This document shows, in pieces, positions 19,411 to 30,189 of a stretch of DNA of 64,000 nucleotides (within the stretch, counting starts at the first letter, position 1; each line of letters opens with the position of its first letter). The notes under the pieces are model-generated. The model saw only the letters and a program-made list of their open reading frames with translations. It was not told the origin of the DNA and ran no database searches. The DNA lies in NCBI GenBank assembly GCA_963810095.1, contig CAWEMM010000002.1:128001-192000 (forward strand), given 5' to 3'. A program made the translations under genes and the position numbers. Source of the stretch: an uncultured Chloroflexia bacterium. GTDB taxonomy: Bacteria; Chloroflexota; Anaerolineae; CG2-30-64-16.

Positions 19411-21866
19411 TCAGATTCGCTCCAGGACATTGCGCAGCGCCGCGAGCTGCGCCTCGCTCACCCGGTCGATCTCCCCGGCATACACCTCGAGCGCCCTTGG
19501 GTTCGCCACCAACTGGGGCATGGCCCGGTAGAGCTCCAGCTTCACCTGCGAAGCGAGCTTAAACGCGTGCAGCATCGAGCGGCACGTCTCGAGCCGGCGG
19601 TCGCGCTTCGACATCAGCGCGCCGTCTGCGACGCGCAGGGTGAGTTCCACCTCGTCGCCCGGCGCCACCGCAAGCGGCGGCAGCGTGAGCGACTCCGCGG
19701 CCTCATCATATTCGCCCTGCACGGTGCGGCTCGCGCCGCCAAGCAACAGTTGCAGTTCGTCGGGGCGCCGGATGCCCCGAATGACCAGGCGATAGGTGCG
19801 CCCCGCGGGGATGTGGGACGGGTTGCCCTCGACCTTGGCGATCCTGAACGATAGCTCCCGTTCGCTCCACCCCTGGGAAAGCCGGGTGAGCGCGTAGTCG
19901 CCGCCAAGATAGGCAGTTGTGGCGCCGTCGTCTTCGTAGAGCGTGAACTCGCCGCCGGCGCCCGGGAACAGCGCGATGGTCAGCTCCTGGGGCGTCGTCG
20001 ACGCCGCCCCAGCCCACTCGCGGCCCCAGCGGTACGATGCTCCCAGCGTGGGCGAACACGGGGATATCGTCGAGTGTGCCGTACACGGTGAGCGTGCGGT
20101 CGCCCCGGAAGTATTCGCCGCTGTTGAAGTCAAACCAGTCTCCGGGCGGCAGCCAGACCGTGTGCCGGCTCAGCCTCGTTTCGGGGTGCTGCGGCGTGAC
20201 GAAGGGCGCGAGCATCAGCTCGCTGCCAAAGAAGTACTGGTTGCGGCACCGGTAAGCCTCTTCGCGCTCAGGGTGCCAGTAGTACAGCGGCGTGACGAGC
20301 GGAATGTTCGTCTGCGTAGTCTGCCAGGCCATGCTGTAGATATAGGGGATGAGCATGTGGCGGAGCTGCATCGCGCTGCGCGCGACCCGGAACGCGTCCG
20401 CTCCGTTGCCCCAGGGACGCCGGTCGTGGAAGGGGTTTTTTGTGCTGTGCAGCCGCATGATCGGGCTGAAGACGCCGAACTGTACCCAGCGTGCGTATAG
20501 CTCGGGCTCTTCCACGCCGCCCCAGTGGCCGCCGATGTCGTGGCTCCACCAGCCGAACGCCACATTGGCGGCCGTGGCCGTGAAGTAAGGCTGAAACTCG
20601 AGCGTGGCCCAGGTGACCAGGCTGTCGCCCGAGAAGCCGATCGGGTAGCGCTGGTTGCCCAGGCCGCCCCAGCGCGAAAAGATGAAGGGCCGCTTGGTCC
20701 CGTCGCGGCCCAGGTCGTAGAAATGCAGGTGATTCAGCCACCACAACGGGTCCATCACTTCAGCTACGGGCTGCTGCGAGTGCACCATGCGCTGGCCCTG
20801 CTGCCAATCCAGCCACCAGAAATCGACCCCCTCGGCCTCCATCGGGTGGTGGAGGATCTTGAAATACCCTTCCACGAAGTGGGGATCGGCCAGGTCAAAG
20901 TGGACGGGTTCGGCGCCGGCCAGGTCCTGCTGGGCCGGCAGGTCGCGCCCCATCCACCGGGCCATCGCCTCGTACTGCGCCTCGTGCGGCCAGACGCCGT
21001 CTGCGGGGTGCAGGTTCAGCGCGGTCCGCAGCCCCTGCTCGTGCAGCCAGGCGATGAATCCCGCCGGGTCCGGCCAGAGGTCCCGGTTCCAGGTGTAGCC
21101 GGTCCAGCCCGACGCTGCGTTGCCTGTTTCCGTGAGGTGCCAGTCCATATCGATGATGCAGACGGACAGCGGCACTTCCTTCTGGCGGAACTCCAGCATC
21201 AGGTCGCGCAACTCGTCCTGCCGGTATTCCCAGTAGCGGCTCCACCAGTTGCCGAGCGCGAAACGCGGCAGCATGGGCACGCGGCCCGGAAACCCGGCCG
21301 TAGTCTTGCAGGCAGCCGGTGTAGTCGTGCCCGTAGCCGAAGAAGTAGAGGTCCCGGTATTCACTTCGACCGGCCCCCGGCCGCTGTTCCAGCCACCCCT
21401 TCTCGTCAAATACCAGGCTCTGCGAGTCGTCCACGACAGACCAGCCCGCTCGCGACATCAGGCCGGGCTCCAGGGGGATTTCGCCGTCCGCTTCGTCGAG
21501 CGTCCGGGCAGTGCCGCGCAGGTTCTGGCGGTCGCGGTCGCCGAAATGCCAGGTCGTGCCGGTGGCCTTGACGAGGATCGAAAGCGTACGGGCCGAGAAG
21601 CCGGCGGCCGAGATGCGATAGTGGAGGTGCAGGTGCTCCGTCTCGATATCGATGTCATCCCGGGTCTGGGCGGCCTCGAACGCCGGCACGGGTTGGAGCC
21701 GGCTCCAGAATGCCTGGCTCGCCCGGTCCTCGAACACGCCCGAGCGGCTGTATTCCATGCGGATCAGGCGCGATGTCAGCAGTGTGAAGCGGACGCCGGG
21801 TCCGGCGACGACGGCTGCCGGGTCGGCCCGCCCTTGGAATGAAGTTGGAATGTTGATCTGGGCCAT
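19411..21866 (-). CDS. Glycoside hydrolase family 31 (alpha-glucosidase/xylosidase), frameshifted near 21300 and 19990
   Basis: PRFALGNWWSRYW, IIDMDWH, GVDFWWLDWQQ (nucleophile), GFSGDS, WWSHDIGGH, RWVQFGVFSPIMRLHS, LYEDDG. Confidence 0.92.
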
Positions 21867-22036
21867 CTTCTCTCCCGGCTGAGGACGCGCCGCCGCGCGC
21901 GGGCGCTGCACTTTTCCCGTTCCAAGCACTTGCTCGTGCATGTTACTACGCAAGCAGGCCCTTGCCAAAGACGTGCGGCAGCCTGCCGTCCGCTCATGCT
22001 TCTGTGATACACTACCCTGGGTCGGAGGAGGTGAGC

Positions 22037-22840
22037 ATGCGGATTCGAGTCTGTGTCGCCGGGGCAACCGGCTGGGCAGGGAGCGCGGTCGTCCGGGCCA
22101 TCCTGGCGTCGGACCGATTTCAGTTGTCGGGCGCGCTGGCGAGGCAGCAGGCCGGCCGGGACGCGGCTGAAGCTGTGGGCGAGCGGCCGTCCGGCATCCC
22201 CATCGCCGGGTCGCTGGAAGATGCACTGCAGGCTCCAACCGATGTCCTGATTGACTATACGGCGCCAGATTCGGTCAAGGCGCGGACGCTGGCCGCGCTG
22301 GAGCGGGGCGTGCAGGTCGTCGTTGGCACATCGGGCCTCACTGCTGCCGACTACGTCGAGATCGAGCGGTTCGCCGTGGCACAGGGCCTGGGCGTGATTG
22401 CTGCCGGCAATTTCTCCATCACCGCCGCACTTGCGAAGCATTTCGCGCTCATCGCGGCCCGTTACCTGCCGTCGTGGGAGATCGTCGACTACGCGCACGC
22501 GGACAAGATTGACGCGCCGAGCGGGACCGTCCGGGAGCTGGCAGAGGCCCTCGGCGCGGTTCGCAAGAGCGAGCTGGCACTCTCGATTGACGAAACCATC
22601 GGGGCGAAGGAGGCGCGGGGCGCATCCATCGGCGGCGGCCAGGTCCACTCGATCCGGCTCCCCGGTTACGTGATTTCCTTCGAGGCGCTGTTCGGCTTGC
22701 CCGACGAACGCCTCTCGGTGAAGCACGAGGCCGGCACGGGTGCACAGCCATACGTCGCCGGCACGCTGCTTGCGGCCGAGCGGGTGATGGGCGTGACCGG
22801 CCTGGTGCGCGGGCTGGACACGCTGCTGTTTGGGGAGTAA
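22037..22840 (+). CDS. dapB: 4-hydroxy-tetrahydrodipicolinate reductase
   Basis: VAGATGWAG Rossmann motif, IDYT, VVGTSG, AGNFS, HADKIDAPSGT, HSIRLPG; SD GGAGG. Confidence 0.92.
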   Translation: MRIRVCVAGATGWAGSAVVRAILASDRFQLSGALARQQAGRDAAEAVGERPSGIPIAGSLEDALQAPTDVLIDYTAPDSVKARTLAALERGVQVVVGTSGLTAADYVEIERFAVAQGLGVIAAGNFSITAALAKHFALIAARYLPSWEIVDYAHADKIDAPSGTVRELAEALGAVRKSELALSIDETIGAKEARGASIGGGQVHSIRLPGYVISFEALFGLPDERLSVKHEAGTGAQPYVAGTLLAAERVMGVTGLVRGLDTLLFGE

Positions 22841-22861
22841 CGCTTTTTCGAGGAGGTCTCC

Positions 22862-23950
22862 ATGAAACGCGTGCCCGTGCTGGCATGGATTGCACTTCTC
22901 GCCGTTAGCATCGCGTTGGTCGCCACGCTCGCCGCCGACGATTGGCTCTGGTCACTTGCGGGCAACCGGGCGCTGCAGTCGCTTGGCGCCGGGCTGACGC
23001 TGCCGATGCAGCTCTTCACCTTCCTCGGCGACGAGCAATTCTACCTGGTCGCCATTCCCCTGGTCTACTGGTGCCTGCAGAAAGAGCTCGGGGTGGACCT
23101 CGGCGTTCTGCTCGTGCTATCGAGCCTGACCAATGGGTTCCTCAAGTCCCTCGTCAAGCACAACCGGCCTTTCTGGGAAGACCCCAAACTCCAGCTCAGC
23201 GAGGCGACCAGTTTTTCCACGCCGAGCGGCCACGCCCAGAACAGTGCCGCGCTGTTCGGTAAGCTGATCTCGTTCCTCAGCCGCTCGGCCTTGCGCGTGC
23301 TGTGGGTCGTGTTCTTGTCCCTGGTCATCATCCTGGTTGCGTTGTCGCGGGTGTACCTGGGGGTGCACTACCCCGGCGATGTTATGTGGGGCATTGCGGT
23401 CGGCCTGGTCCTGGTCTCCCTCTACAATTGGCTCAAGCCCAAGCTGCTGCCCGGATTGCGACGGCTGCCCACCGGCCTGCATGTGCTTCTGGGCCTCGTC
23501 GCGGCGGCAGTCATTCTGGGGGGCGAATCTGCTCTTCTCGTCATCCCCTTCGGGACTGGCCCGCACTTCCCCGCGCTCTACCTGGATGCGTGGGGCGCGA
23601 CGCTGGAGGACGCGGCAACGGTCGCGGGGCTCGCGGCCGGCCTGTGGATCGGCCTGGCGGTCGAGAGCCGGCACGTGCGCTTTTCCGTGCTGGGACGCTG
23701 GTGGCAGCGGGTGCTCCGGTATGTGATCGGCGTCGCGGTCCTGTTGGGCATTTGGATGGGCCTTAAAGTCGTCTTTCCCGCGGAACCCCTCATGCTTGGA
23801 CTCGGGCTGCGCGTCCTCCGGTATGCCCTAGCCATGCTCTGGGCCATCCTGGTGTGGCCATGGCTGTTCGTGCGGATCGGCCTCGGCCGGCGCGAGGCTG
23901 GCGTCGAAGAGACACCGGCGAACAATGCGACGTTGCCTGCGGGCGCATAA
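22862..23950 (+). CDS. PAP2 family membrane phosphatase
   Basis: KSLVKHNRP, FSTPSGHA, SRVYLGVHYPGDV; multiple transmembrane helices. Confidence 0.9.
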   Translation: MKRVPVLAWIALLAVSIALVATLAADDWLWSLAGNRALQSLGAGLTLPMQLFTFLGDEQFYLVAIPLVYWCLQKELGVDLGVLLVLSSLTNGFLKSLVKHNRPFWEDPKLQLSEATSFSTPSGHAQNSAALFGKLISFLSRSALRVLWVVFLSLVIILVALSRVYLGVHYPGDVMWGIAVGLVLVSLYNWLKPKLLPGLRRLPTGLHVLLGLVAAAVILGGESALLVIPFGTGPHFPALYLDAWGATLEDAATVAGLAAGLWIGLAVESRHVRFSVLGRWWQRVLRYVIGVAVLLGIWMGLKVVFPAEPLMLGLGLRVLRYALAMLWAILVWPWLFVRIGLGRREAGVEETPANNATLPAGA

Positions 23951-23982
23951 GCCTCGACCCACTTCGTCGCCGCGCCGCGGGA

Positions 23983-23991
23983 TGGTATAAT
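23983..23991 (+). promoter_or_regulatory. Extended -10 promoter upstream of dnaE
   Basis: TGGTATAAT about 120 bp upstream of the dnaE start. Confidence 0.65.
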
Positions 23992-24113
23992 CGCTCTACC
24001 GGGGAAATCTAGTCCAAGAAGGGCTAACCAGACGATCTGGGGATGCGAACGCTGCTGTGCCGGCGTTGGCATCCCCCCTACGGAGTTGGCCTTTCCCAGT
24101 CAGGTTGCGTGCG

Positions 24114-27100
24114 ATGCCGGACGATTTCGTCCATCTTCATCTTCATACCGAATACTCGCTGCTCGACGGCCTGGGCCGGGTTCCGGCGATGGCGAAGCGC
24201 GCGGCCGAACTCGGTCAGCGGGCGCTTGCGCTCACCGACCACGGCACGATGCACGGCGCGATCGAGTTTTCGCGCGCCTGCAAAGGGGTCGGAATCAAGC
24301 CGCTGCTGGGGGTGGAGGCGTACATCACCCAGTGGGGCCGCCCGATGACGGGCCAGGACGGCGAGGCCGACCGGCCGCCGCCATCACCTGCTGCTCCTCG
24401 CCGAGAATATGACCGGCTACCGCAACCTCCTCAAGATCTGCTCGGATGCCCAGCTGAAGGGATACTATTACCGGCCGCGGGTGGATGCGGACTACCTCGC
24501 GAGCCACAGCGAGGGGCTGATTTGCACTTCGGGCTGCCTCGCAGCCGAGCTGCCGAGCCTGATCAAGAACGGCCGCGAGCACCTGGCCGCCGAACGCCTG
24601 ATGTGGTACCGTGACGTGTTTGGGCCCGATCACTGGTACATCGAGTTCCAGGAGCACAGCATCCCGGAGTTGACCGAGGTCAACAAGCAGCTGTGGGCGT
24701 TTGCGCAGAAGTACGAGGTGCCCGTCGTCGTCACGAACGACGTGCACTATGTGCGCGAGGAGGATGCGACCGCGCATGACATGCTCCTGTGCGTGCAGAC
24801 CAGCAGCCTCCTTAACGACCCGAAGCGCATGCGCTACGACGGGAACTCTTATTTCCTCAAGAGCCTCGACCAAATGCGGCAGACGTTCCTGCCCTACGTC
24901 GACATGCCGGACACCGCGTTCAGCAACACGCTCAAAATTGCGGAGATGTGCAGCGCGGACCCGGACGACAAGCACTATCACCTCCCCGACATCGAGGTGC
25001 CCGAGGGCTTCAATTACGAAACCTATCTGCGCCACCTGACCGAGGAAGGGCTGCGCATGCGCTACGGCGACCGGGCCGACGACCCGGAGGTGCAGGAGCG
25101 CAAGGAGCACGAGCTGCGGGTCATTCACAACATGGGGTTCGACGTTTATTACCTCATCGTGTGGGACCTGTGCATGTACGCGAAGCGCCGGGGCATCTGG
25201 TGGAACGTGCGCGGTTCTGGCGCGGGGTCGATCGTCGCGTATGCGATCGAAGTGACCAACCTCGACCCGCTGCGCAACAAGCTGATCTTCGAGCGGTTCC
25301 TGAACCCGGGCCGCGTCACGATGCCCGACTTCGACCTGGACTTCCCGGACGACCAGCGCGAAGAGCTAATCAAGTACACCCGCGACAAGTATGGCGACCA
25401 CCGGGTGGCCCAGGTGGTGACGTTTGGCCGGATGAAGGCGCGGGCGGCGGTGCGCGACGTGGGCCGGGCCATGGGCGTGCCGCTGGAAGAGGTGGACGTC
25501 ATTGCGAAGCTGATCCCCGGGATCTCGGGCAAGCCGGTCACGATCCAGGACGTGCTGACCCCGGAGACCGAGTTTTACTCGGCAGACCTCAAGCAGAAGT
25601 ACGACGCGGAAGAGAGCGTGCGGAACCTGCTCGACGCAGCGAAGCAGTTGGAGGGGGTGCGCGCGTCACTCCTCGATCCATCCCGCGGCCGTCATGGTCG
25701 CCGACCGCGAGCTGACCTATTACACGCCCCTCATGCGGCCGCCCAAGTCGGCCGTTACGCCGACGGTCACGCAGTACGAGTACCCCATCCTCGAGTCGAT
25801 CGGCTTGCTCAAGATCGACTTCCTGGGCCTCTCGACCCTCACGCTCATGCGCGAGGCCACGCAGGCTGATCAGGGAGCGGCACGGGACAGAGTACACGCT
25901 GCTCAACCTGCCGATCGACAACGCGAAGACGTATGAGTTGTTGACGGCCGGAGACGTGATGGGGGTCTTCCAGGTCGAAGGTTCAGGGATGCGGCGGGTG
26001 CTGATGGACCTGCGCCCGACCGAGTTCGACCACATTACCGCGACGATCTCGCTCTACCGACCGGGCCCGATGGAGTTCATCCCCGACTTCATCGCCTGCC
26101 TGCACGGCGAGAAAAAGCCTGTGTATGCTCACCCGATCCTGGCGCCCATCCTTGCCGAGACCCAGGGTGTGTGCGTCTACCAGGAGCAGGTCATCCAGAT
26201 CCTCGCCGACGTCGCCGGCTACACTCCCGGCGAAGCCGACCTCGTCCGCCGCGGCATCAGCAAGAAGTCGAAGAAGACGCTGGACGAGCACCGTGAGATC
26301 TTTGCGAACGGCAGCGCGAAGAAGTCGGGGCTGAAGCGGGAAGAAGCCGACGCGATCTGGGACGCGCTCATGGGATTCGCGCGCTACGGTTTCAACCGCG
26401 CGCACGCGGCCGACTACGCGGTCGTGGTCGCCCAGACCGGCTACCTGAAAGCGCATTACCCGGTCGAGTATATGGCGGCCCTGCTGACAGTGGAGCGGCA
26501 CGACACGGAGAAGGTGGGCATCCTCATTGCCGAGTGCCGGCGAATGGGCATCGAGGTGCTGCCGCCCAGCGTCAACGTCTCGGAGCACACCTTCACGATC
26601 GAGAAGCTGCCCGCAGGCAGGCCGGCGCCGCGACAGACGACGGCGTTCCCGTTCCCCGTGGAGCCGGGCGCGGCCATCCGCATGGGGCTGGACGCGATCA
26701 AGAACCTGGGCGAGGGGCCGATCGACATCCTGCTCCGGGGCCGCGGGACACGCCCCTTCGTCTCGCTGGTCGACTTCTGCGAACGGGTCGACCTGCGGCA
26801 GGTGAACCGCCGCGGGCTCGAATGCCTGATCAAAGTGGGCGCGCTGGACGACTTCGGCGAGCGCTACCGCATCATGGCGGCCATCGACCAGCTCATGCAG
26901 GTGAGCACCTCGGCGCACGACGCGGCCGACGTGGGGCAGCTGACCTTGTTCGGCGAGGTGGAGACCGCGACGGACGCGGAAATCCTGTCGGGCGCCGGCC
27001 CGGTTGCGAAGGTCAGCAACAAAGAGATCCTCGAGTGGGAGAAGGAGTTGGTCGGCGTGTACGTATCGAGCCACCCACTGCAGCAGATGACAGTCGACCT

Positions 27101-28147
27101 GATGAACGTGGTCACGCACGCCTCGGTGGACGTCACCGAAGAATTGGGCAAGCAGTCGATAGTGATCGCGGGGCTGCTGGCCGAGGTCCGCAGCTTCACG
27201 ACCAAGAAGGGCGACCAGATGGCCTTCTGCCGGCTGGAGGACTTGCAGGGCTCAGTCGACGTCACGGTCTTCCCCCAGTTGTTCAAGGAGAAGCGGGAAC
27301 TCTGGAAGCAGGACAAGATTGTGATCGTGTGGGGCAAACCGGACGCTCGCAACGGGCGCATTAGCGTGGTGGCGGACCGCGTGCAGGACTACGTACAGGG
27401 CCAGCGGGTGATCGAGGATACGTCAACCACGTATCACCGCTTCCAGAACGGCAGTGCGCAGCCCAGCCGCCCGTTGATGCGGAACGGTGACGGCAACGGC
27501 TACGCGCCTCCGCCACCCGCGCCCGGAGCCCGCTACGCTGCGCCCGCGCCCGATTTCGGCGGCGGCGAGGATGAATCGGATTACGCGGAGAGCAACCCGT
27601 TTGCCGACGAGGCGCCAGACTGGCTAGCCGGGGACAACGGCGGCGGGGATGTGTCCCCTGACGTGGCGCAAGCGATGACCCCACCAAAGGTCGTGCCACC
27701 AGCGACGGAGCCGGGACCAACCAACGGGGCAGCAAGCCGAGCTTCTGCCCCCCTGCCCGATCGGGCTCCGGCGGAACCTGCGGCGCAGCGCGAGGCGCCG
27801 CCGCCCCGCGCTGCGCCGCAGGTCGCGGCTGCAAACCCGGTCGAACCGACCCCAATGTTGCGCGAGCGCCCGCTCGAGCCGGCGCCGGCCGCTCCGCCTG
27901 CCCCACCGCGGCTGGTCGTCTGCTTCCGCCGCAGTCACAGCCTCGACGCGGATCGCAAGCGGCTCTCCGAACTCGTGGACATGCTCGAGAAGGTACCGGG
28001 GCGACGGATCACTTCGTGATCGTCGTGGAGGCGACCGGCCAGCCGCGCTACCAGCTCGAATTCCCGAACAGCTACACGCACATCTGCAAGGAGCTCAAGA
28101 ACGAGCTCACGCAGCGGCTGGGGGGGAGCTGTTGGCATCTCGAGTGA
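24114..28147 (+). CDS. dnaE: DNA polymerase III alpha subunit, several frameshifts
   Basis: [15 protein letters not shown] (PHP domain), [65 protein letters not shown] fold; terminal frame ...GGSCWHLE* at 28147. Confidence 0.97.
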
Positions 28148-29486
28148 TCGCGGCGGCCGACCCGCTGCTCTTGATCGCGATCACCCCGCTGCTGCTCTTT
28201 CCCACCTTCCGCCCCGGCTGGACCGCGGCCGCGCTCGGGTTGTTGGTCGTGATGTGGGTGCTGCGGGGGGTCGTGTGTCGCGAGACCTGGCCGGTCACGC
28301 CGTTCAATCCCGCGTTGCTCCTTTTCTGCATCACGGTCCCTTTAGCCGTCTGGGCCTCGGCCAGCCCTGATCTGACGATTCCCAAGCTGACGGGGCTCAT
28401 CCTCGGGCTGGCCGCGTTTCGGGCCATTTCTTTCTCGGCGCCCTCCCGCAAAGGGCTCACAACGGTGCTGCTCATTTTTGCAGCCCTCGGCATGGCCATG
28501 TGGGCGCTCGGTTTGCTCGGCATCCGGCTTCCGGCCTTGGTCCCGCTCGCGCAGCGTTTGCCCCCGGCGCTGGTCAGCCTCCCGGGTGCGCCCGACCAGG
28601 GCATCAACCCGAATCAGTTGGCTGGCGTGCTGGTGCTGTATCTGCCCTTCCTCTTTGCGCTCATTGCCTACGCGCTGCGTCAGCACCGGGTCGCGCTCGG
28701 TCTCGTGCTCGCGCTTGTTGCGCTCGCGGGGATTGGCAATCTGGTGCTGACCCGGTCGCGCTCCGGATGGATCGGACTCGTAGTGGCAGCATTCGCGCTG
28801 GGGCTGGTCCTTGCTGTGTTGCAAGGCAGCCGGCAGGTGCGCCGGGCGGTGCTGATCACTTCGGTGGTCGTCGTGCTGGTGGGAGTCGTTGCGGGCGGGG
28901 TGTTCGTGGCGCAGCGTCTCGAGCCTGCCGGTGCCGTGTCTGGTGAGACGCGAGCGGACAGCGCGCTTCAGCAGTTGTCGCTCGACGCGCGCATCGAGAT
29001 CTGGTCGCGCGCGCTGTACGCGATCGAGGATTTCCCTTTCACCGGGGTTGGGCTTGGGACGTTTCGCCGTGTGTTGAGCTTGCTCTACCCGCTTTTCCTG
29101 GTGCCTCCTGACCAGGAGATACCCCACGCTCATAACATCTTCCTTCAGGTTGGTGTCGACTTAGGGGTGGGCGGGCTGATTGCTTACGTTGCCTTGCTGC
29201 TCGTAGGCGGTGTAACGGCCTGGCAGGTTGCCGCGTCCGCAGCGGCGCGCCGCGATATCTGGCCGCGGGCCTTCTCGCGGCTCTCGTGGGGCTCCACGTT
29301 TACGGGCTTGCCGACGCACTGGCACTCGGCTCGAAGCCAGGCTTGGCGTTCTGGATCGTGCTTGGGTTGATTGCGGCCCTCGCCGACACGAAGACGGTGG
29401 GGCTGCCGGGAGCTTCACCGGGAATCAGACGCCATCGACCCCATCGTAGCGCAGCGGCCGCAGGCCCTGGCGCCATGCCAGGGTGA
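28132..29486 (+). CDS. O-antigen ligase (Wzy_C) family membrane protein, frameshift near 29250
   Basis: [45 protein letters not shown]; many transmembrane helices. Confidence 0.88.
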
Positions 29487-30129
29487 CCTCGGCCGCGTTC
29501 AGCAGCCAGTGCGCCACCAGCGGCGGCCAGATGCTGCCGCTCCACAGGAACAGCGCCGAGAGCACCAGGCCCATCAGAGCCGTCCCCACGATCCCCCACT
29601 GGCCTTGCGGCGCGTGCATGAGACCGAAGACCAGGCTGAGCGGCCACATCAGGACCCAGGGCGACGCCAGCCAGGTCAGACCGCCCAGCGGCAGCGAGCG
29701 AAACAGCAGTTCTTCCAGCGCGGCCGCGCCGAACAGCGCAAGCAGCACGCCAACCCACTCTCGCCGGTCGACCGGTACGATCGCGCGCAGGAGCCGGTTG
29801 TCATACATCTCGGGCCCCCAGCGCCGCACCACGGCATTGCCCGCCCAGGTGAGCGCGGGGAACAGCAGCAGCGCAGCGCCCGCGCCCACTGCGACGTCGC
29901 GCAGGGGTTGGCCGGCTGCCCAGCCCAATGCCTCGGCGCCCGGCCCGGCAAACAACCCCAGCGCGACGCACACGACGATCAGGAAAAGGCGCAAGAGATT
30001 GTCGGGCACGGTGAGCAGCAGGTTTTGGGATGGGGTGAAGGTGCGGAGCGCCCGGCCCGAGAACCAGGTGGCCACGCCAATGGCGAGGATCAGGACCGCA
30101 AGCGCGGCGGCGAAGAAGATGGGGTGCAT
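29425..30129 (-). CDS. CPBP (Abi/CAAX) family intramembrane glutamic endopeptidase
   Basis: EELLFR, FGLMHAPQG, PLVAHWLLN. Confidence 0.9.
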   Translation of the reverse strand: MHPIFFAAALAVLILAIGVATWFSGRALRTFTPSQNLLLTVPDNLLRLFLIVVCVALGLFAGPGAEALGWAAGQPLRDVAVGAGAALLLFPALTWAGNAVVRRWGPEMYDNRLLRAIVPVDRREWVGVLLALFGAAALEELLFRSLPLGGLTWLASPWVLMWPLSLVFGLMHAPQGQWGIVGTALMGLVLSALFLWSGSIWPPLVAHWLLNAAEVTLAWRQGLRPLRYDGVDGV

Positions 30130-30189
30130 ACGTCTGTCGCTCCCGGGACCGCGCCACCCGGCGCCAGGTGACACGGTCCCGGGAAAAGG

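Noticed and set aside
24114-28147. Split dnaE, intein or programmed frameshifting
   Set aside because: No intein N/C-terminal or LAGLIDADG motifs; breaks are single-base shifts like those throughout the window
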